Below are positions 62,124 through 64,000 of a stretch of 64,000 nt of DNA, in pieces. The position numbers and the translations under genes were made by a program. Origin of the DNA: the human T2T-CHM13v2.0 reference genome, Homo sapiens; assembly GCF_009914755.1 (NCBI RefSeq), contig NC_060929.1, one strand, 5' to 3'. Position 1 is the first letter of the stretch, and the number at the start of each line of letters is the position of its first letter. Under the pieces are notes generated by a model. The model was not told where the DNA came from. It did not search any database and saw nothing but the letters and a program-made list of their open reading frames with translations.

Positions 62124-62572
62124 TGAGAGGTGAAGCCAGCTGGACTTCCTGGGTCGAGTGGGGACTTGGAGAACTTTTCTGTCTAGCTAAAGGATTATAA
62201 GTGCACCAATCAGCACTCTGTAAAAACACACCAGTCAGCGCTCTGTGTCTAGCTAAAGGATTGTAAATGCACCAATCAGCACTCTGTAAAATGGACCAAT
62301 CAGTACCCTGTAAAATGGACCAATCAGCAGGACGTGGGCAGGGACAAATAAGGGAATAACAGCTGGCGCCCCTAGCCAGCAGTGGCAACCCACTCGGATC
62401 ACCTTCCATGCTGTGGAAGCTTTGTTATTTCACTTTTCACAATAAATCTTAGGGTTGCTTACTTTTTGGGTCCATGCCACCTTGAAGAGCTGTAACACTC
62501 ACCACGAAGGTCTGAGGCTTCATTCTTGAAGTCAGACTAAGAACCCACCGGAAGGAACCAATTCCAGACACA
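62124..62572 (+). mobile_element. Solo LTR12 (LTR12F-like, ERV9)
   Basis: TGAGAGGTGAAGCCAGCTGG start; repeated CCAATCAGC units; AATAAA at 62441; ends GGAAGGAACCAATTCCAGACACA. Confidence 0.9.
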
Positions 62573-62659
62573 CGTGTAGTAGCAAATTATCAAAAATGTT
62601 CATTGCCTTTTCTGAAAAACAATTTTCCCAGAAACACCTGGCAGAATCAGAGTTCATTG

Positions 62660-63042
62660 TGTCAAAAGAAAAACTTTGGACAAATTAAAATGAGCAAAGA
62701 ACAATTTGTGAAATGTGCCCCTCTCCCAACCAGAACAGGTTCAAAGAGACTCCAGTGCTGCCACATGATCAAAGAATTATGGACAAAAAAAGCAAATAAA
62801 TTACAGGAAAAGAAAATGAGGTACAGAAACAGCTGGATTGGTTACAGCTTGGTGTTTACCTTACTTGAACAAGGTTCGAACAGTTGGCTGCCTTTGATGG
62901 GCTGCAACACAGTGATTGGTATAAGAGTAGGTTACAGCCTGTTTACACATGCAGTTAGGTTACAATTCACTGTGTGTTGAGAAACCTTTAGGCCAAACTT
63001 AAAATTTGTAAGGAGGCAGCTTTAGGCTTAACTTGATTTAAA
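62660..63042 (-). mobile_element. MER4-group LTR (MER31/MER65-like; subfamily uncertain)
   Basis: GGTACAGAAACAGCTGGATTGGTTACAGC...GAAACCTTTAGGCCAAACTTAAAATTTGTAAGGAGGCAGCTTTAGGC. Confidence 0.6.
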
Positions 63043-63671
63043 AGTTATTAGATGTTCCATCAGTCGTTTCGCCAATAGGTAATAGGTTTTTTTGGTTTTG
63101 TTTTCTGTGCTATTAAAATAGTATATAAAACTTGTCATCATTGATTCTGATTTATCATGTTACAGTTCAGTCTCTAATTGAACTGAGCCTATTTTTTTCC
63201 GTAAAATCCAACCTATTCATCCATTTATACAGATTTTTTAAAATCTAAATATTTTATATCAAATTGCTAAAAATGTTTAGTCACATTCTTTTTCTATTGC
63301 TGCCCATATATTTTCTGCCATCATTTTCAGCTGCTAAATAGTATCTAGTCCTAGATATCTGGTTACCCATTATCAGGAACTCTTCGTGAAATGCTTTAGT
63401 GACCTTGTTTAAGTCAGTAATAAAGTTGAGATTTATAATCATATTCTATTACCAAAAAAAATACAGGTAATAGATTTTCAAATGTCAGCCCATGTCTACT
63501 CCTTTATTTCCCAGTGTGGCAGAATTTTTGAACAGTGAAAATATTTCTGTCTGAGGAAGTTTGGACTATGTGGTGTGAGATCCGTAGACATTGGACTAAT
63601 GTCATTAACATATTTTAATATTTAAATTTCTTATTAAAAAATAGATAATGCAGTAGTTACTTTTTGAAGGA

Positions 63672-64000
63672 CGACCGAAGCAGGATATTTCCCTGACCCC
63701 TTCATGGGACCCACGTCAGAGGTGTTTACTCAGCCTGCTGCCCACAACTCCTCACAGGAGGGAGCGCACAAGTGAACGAGGGTGAGGACTGGAGAGCACC
63801 AGCACTGGAACAACCCGGCCACTTCGGCGCTACTGGGATCAAACTCCATCACTTGGACACACTGTGTTCCACCCCTCGTGGGAGGGAGCATGCAGGTGAG
63901 AGGATGCAGGAGTCAGGGTGAGCACTTTTGGGCTCCAGCAGGAGCAAACTCTGTGCAGGGCCCTGCAGCAGTGACTGAGGGGCGGCCTGTGACTCCCAAA
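63672..64000 (-). mobile_element. MER52-like ERV1 LTR (runs off the window)
   Basis: GCAGGATATTTCCCTGACCCCTTCATGGGAC...CCACCCCTCGTGGGAGGGAGCATGCAGGTGAG. Confidence 0.6.

Larger units (their letters stand above)
59625..64000 (+). ncRNA. MOCS2-DT: Probable divergent lncRNA from the MOCS2 promoter (MOCS2-DT); boundaries cannot be defined from the sequence
   Basis: Recalled annotation plus bidirectional CpG-island architecture; no exon evidence from sequence alone. Confidence 0.4.

Noticed and set aside
62170-62330. Spaced repeats resembling a CRISPR-like array
   Set aside because: These are the normal CCAAT-containing U3 repeats of LTR12 in a eukaryotic context

Overview
Human (or very close hominid) genomic DNA, recognisable as the ITGA2-MOCS2 locus (chr5q11.2). 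The + strand carries the 3' part of ITGA2 (integrin alpha-2/CD49b): 24 coding exons, conventionally 7-30, from 1162 to the stop at 40352. All have GT-AG introns and they join into one open 2916-nt frame (I-domain C-terminal part, beta-propeller, leg domains, TM, GFFKR tail), followed by a ~4.2 kb 3'UTR. The - strand carries the complete MOCS2 gene, tail-to-tail with ITGA2. It encodes MOCS2A (88 aa) and MOCS2B (188 aa) in overlapping frames and has a CpG-island bidirectional promoter near 59.2-59.7 kb, followed by a cluster of ERV LTRs. The rest is intronic or intergenic DNA with Alu, L1, L2, MER5, MER20, MER85 and MADE1 elements. I found no new protein-coding system; the ORF-track entries outside the exons look like noise or repeat fragments. 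The best unexplained structures are: (i) a ~290-bp, ~96%-identical inverted duplication of apparently non-repeat sequence bracketing 2.15 kb of ITGA2 intron 7; (ii) a diverged ~140-bp direct repeat on either side of the dual-coding MOCS2 exon; (iii) a 14-bp stem-loop and a G-quadruplex motif in the ITGA2 3'UTR; (iv) several weak or competing splice sites. The ITGA2 haplotype reads 807T/873A/HPA-5a. Coordinates were counted by hand. Repeat subfamily names, exon numbers and variant names come from memory and should be verified.
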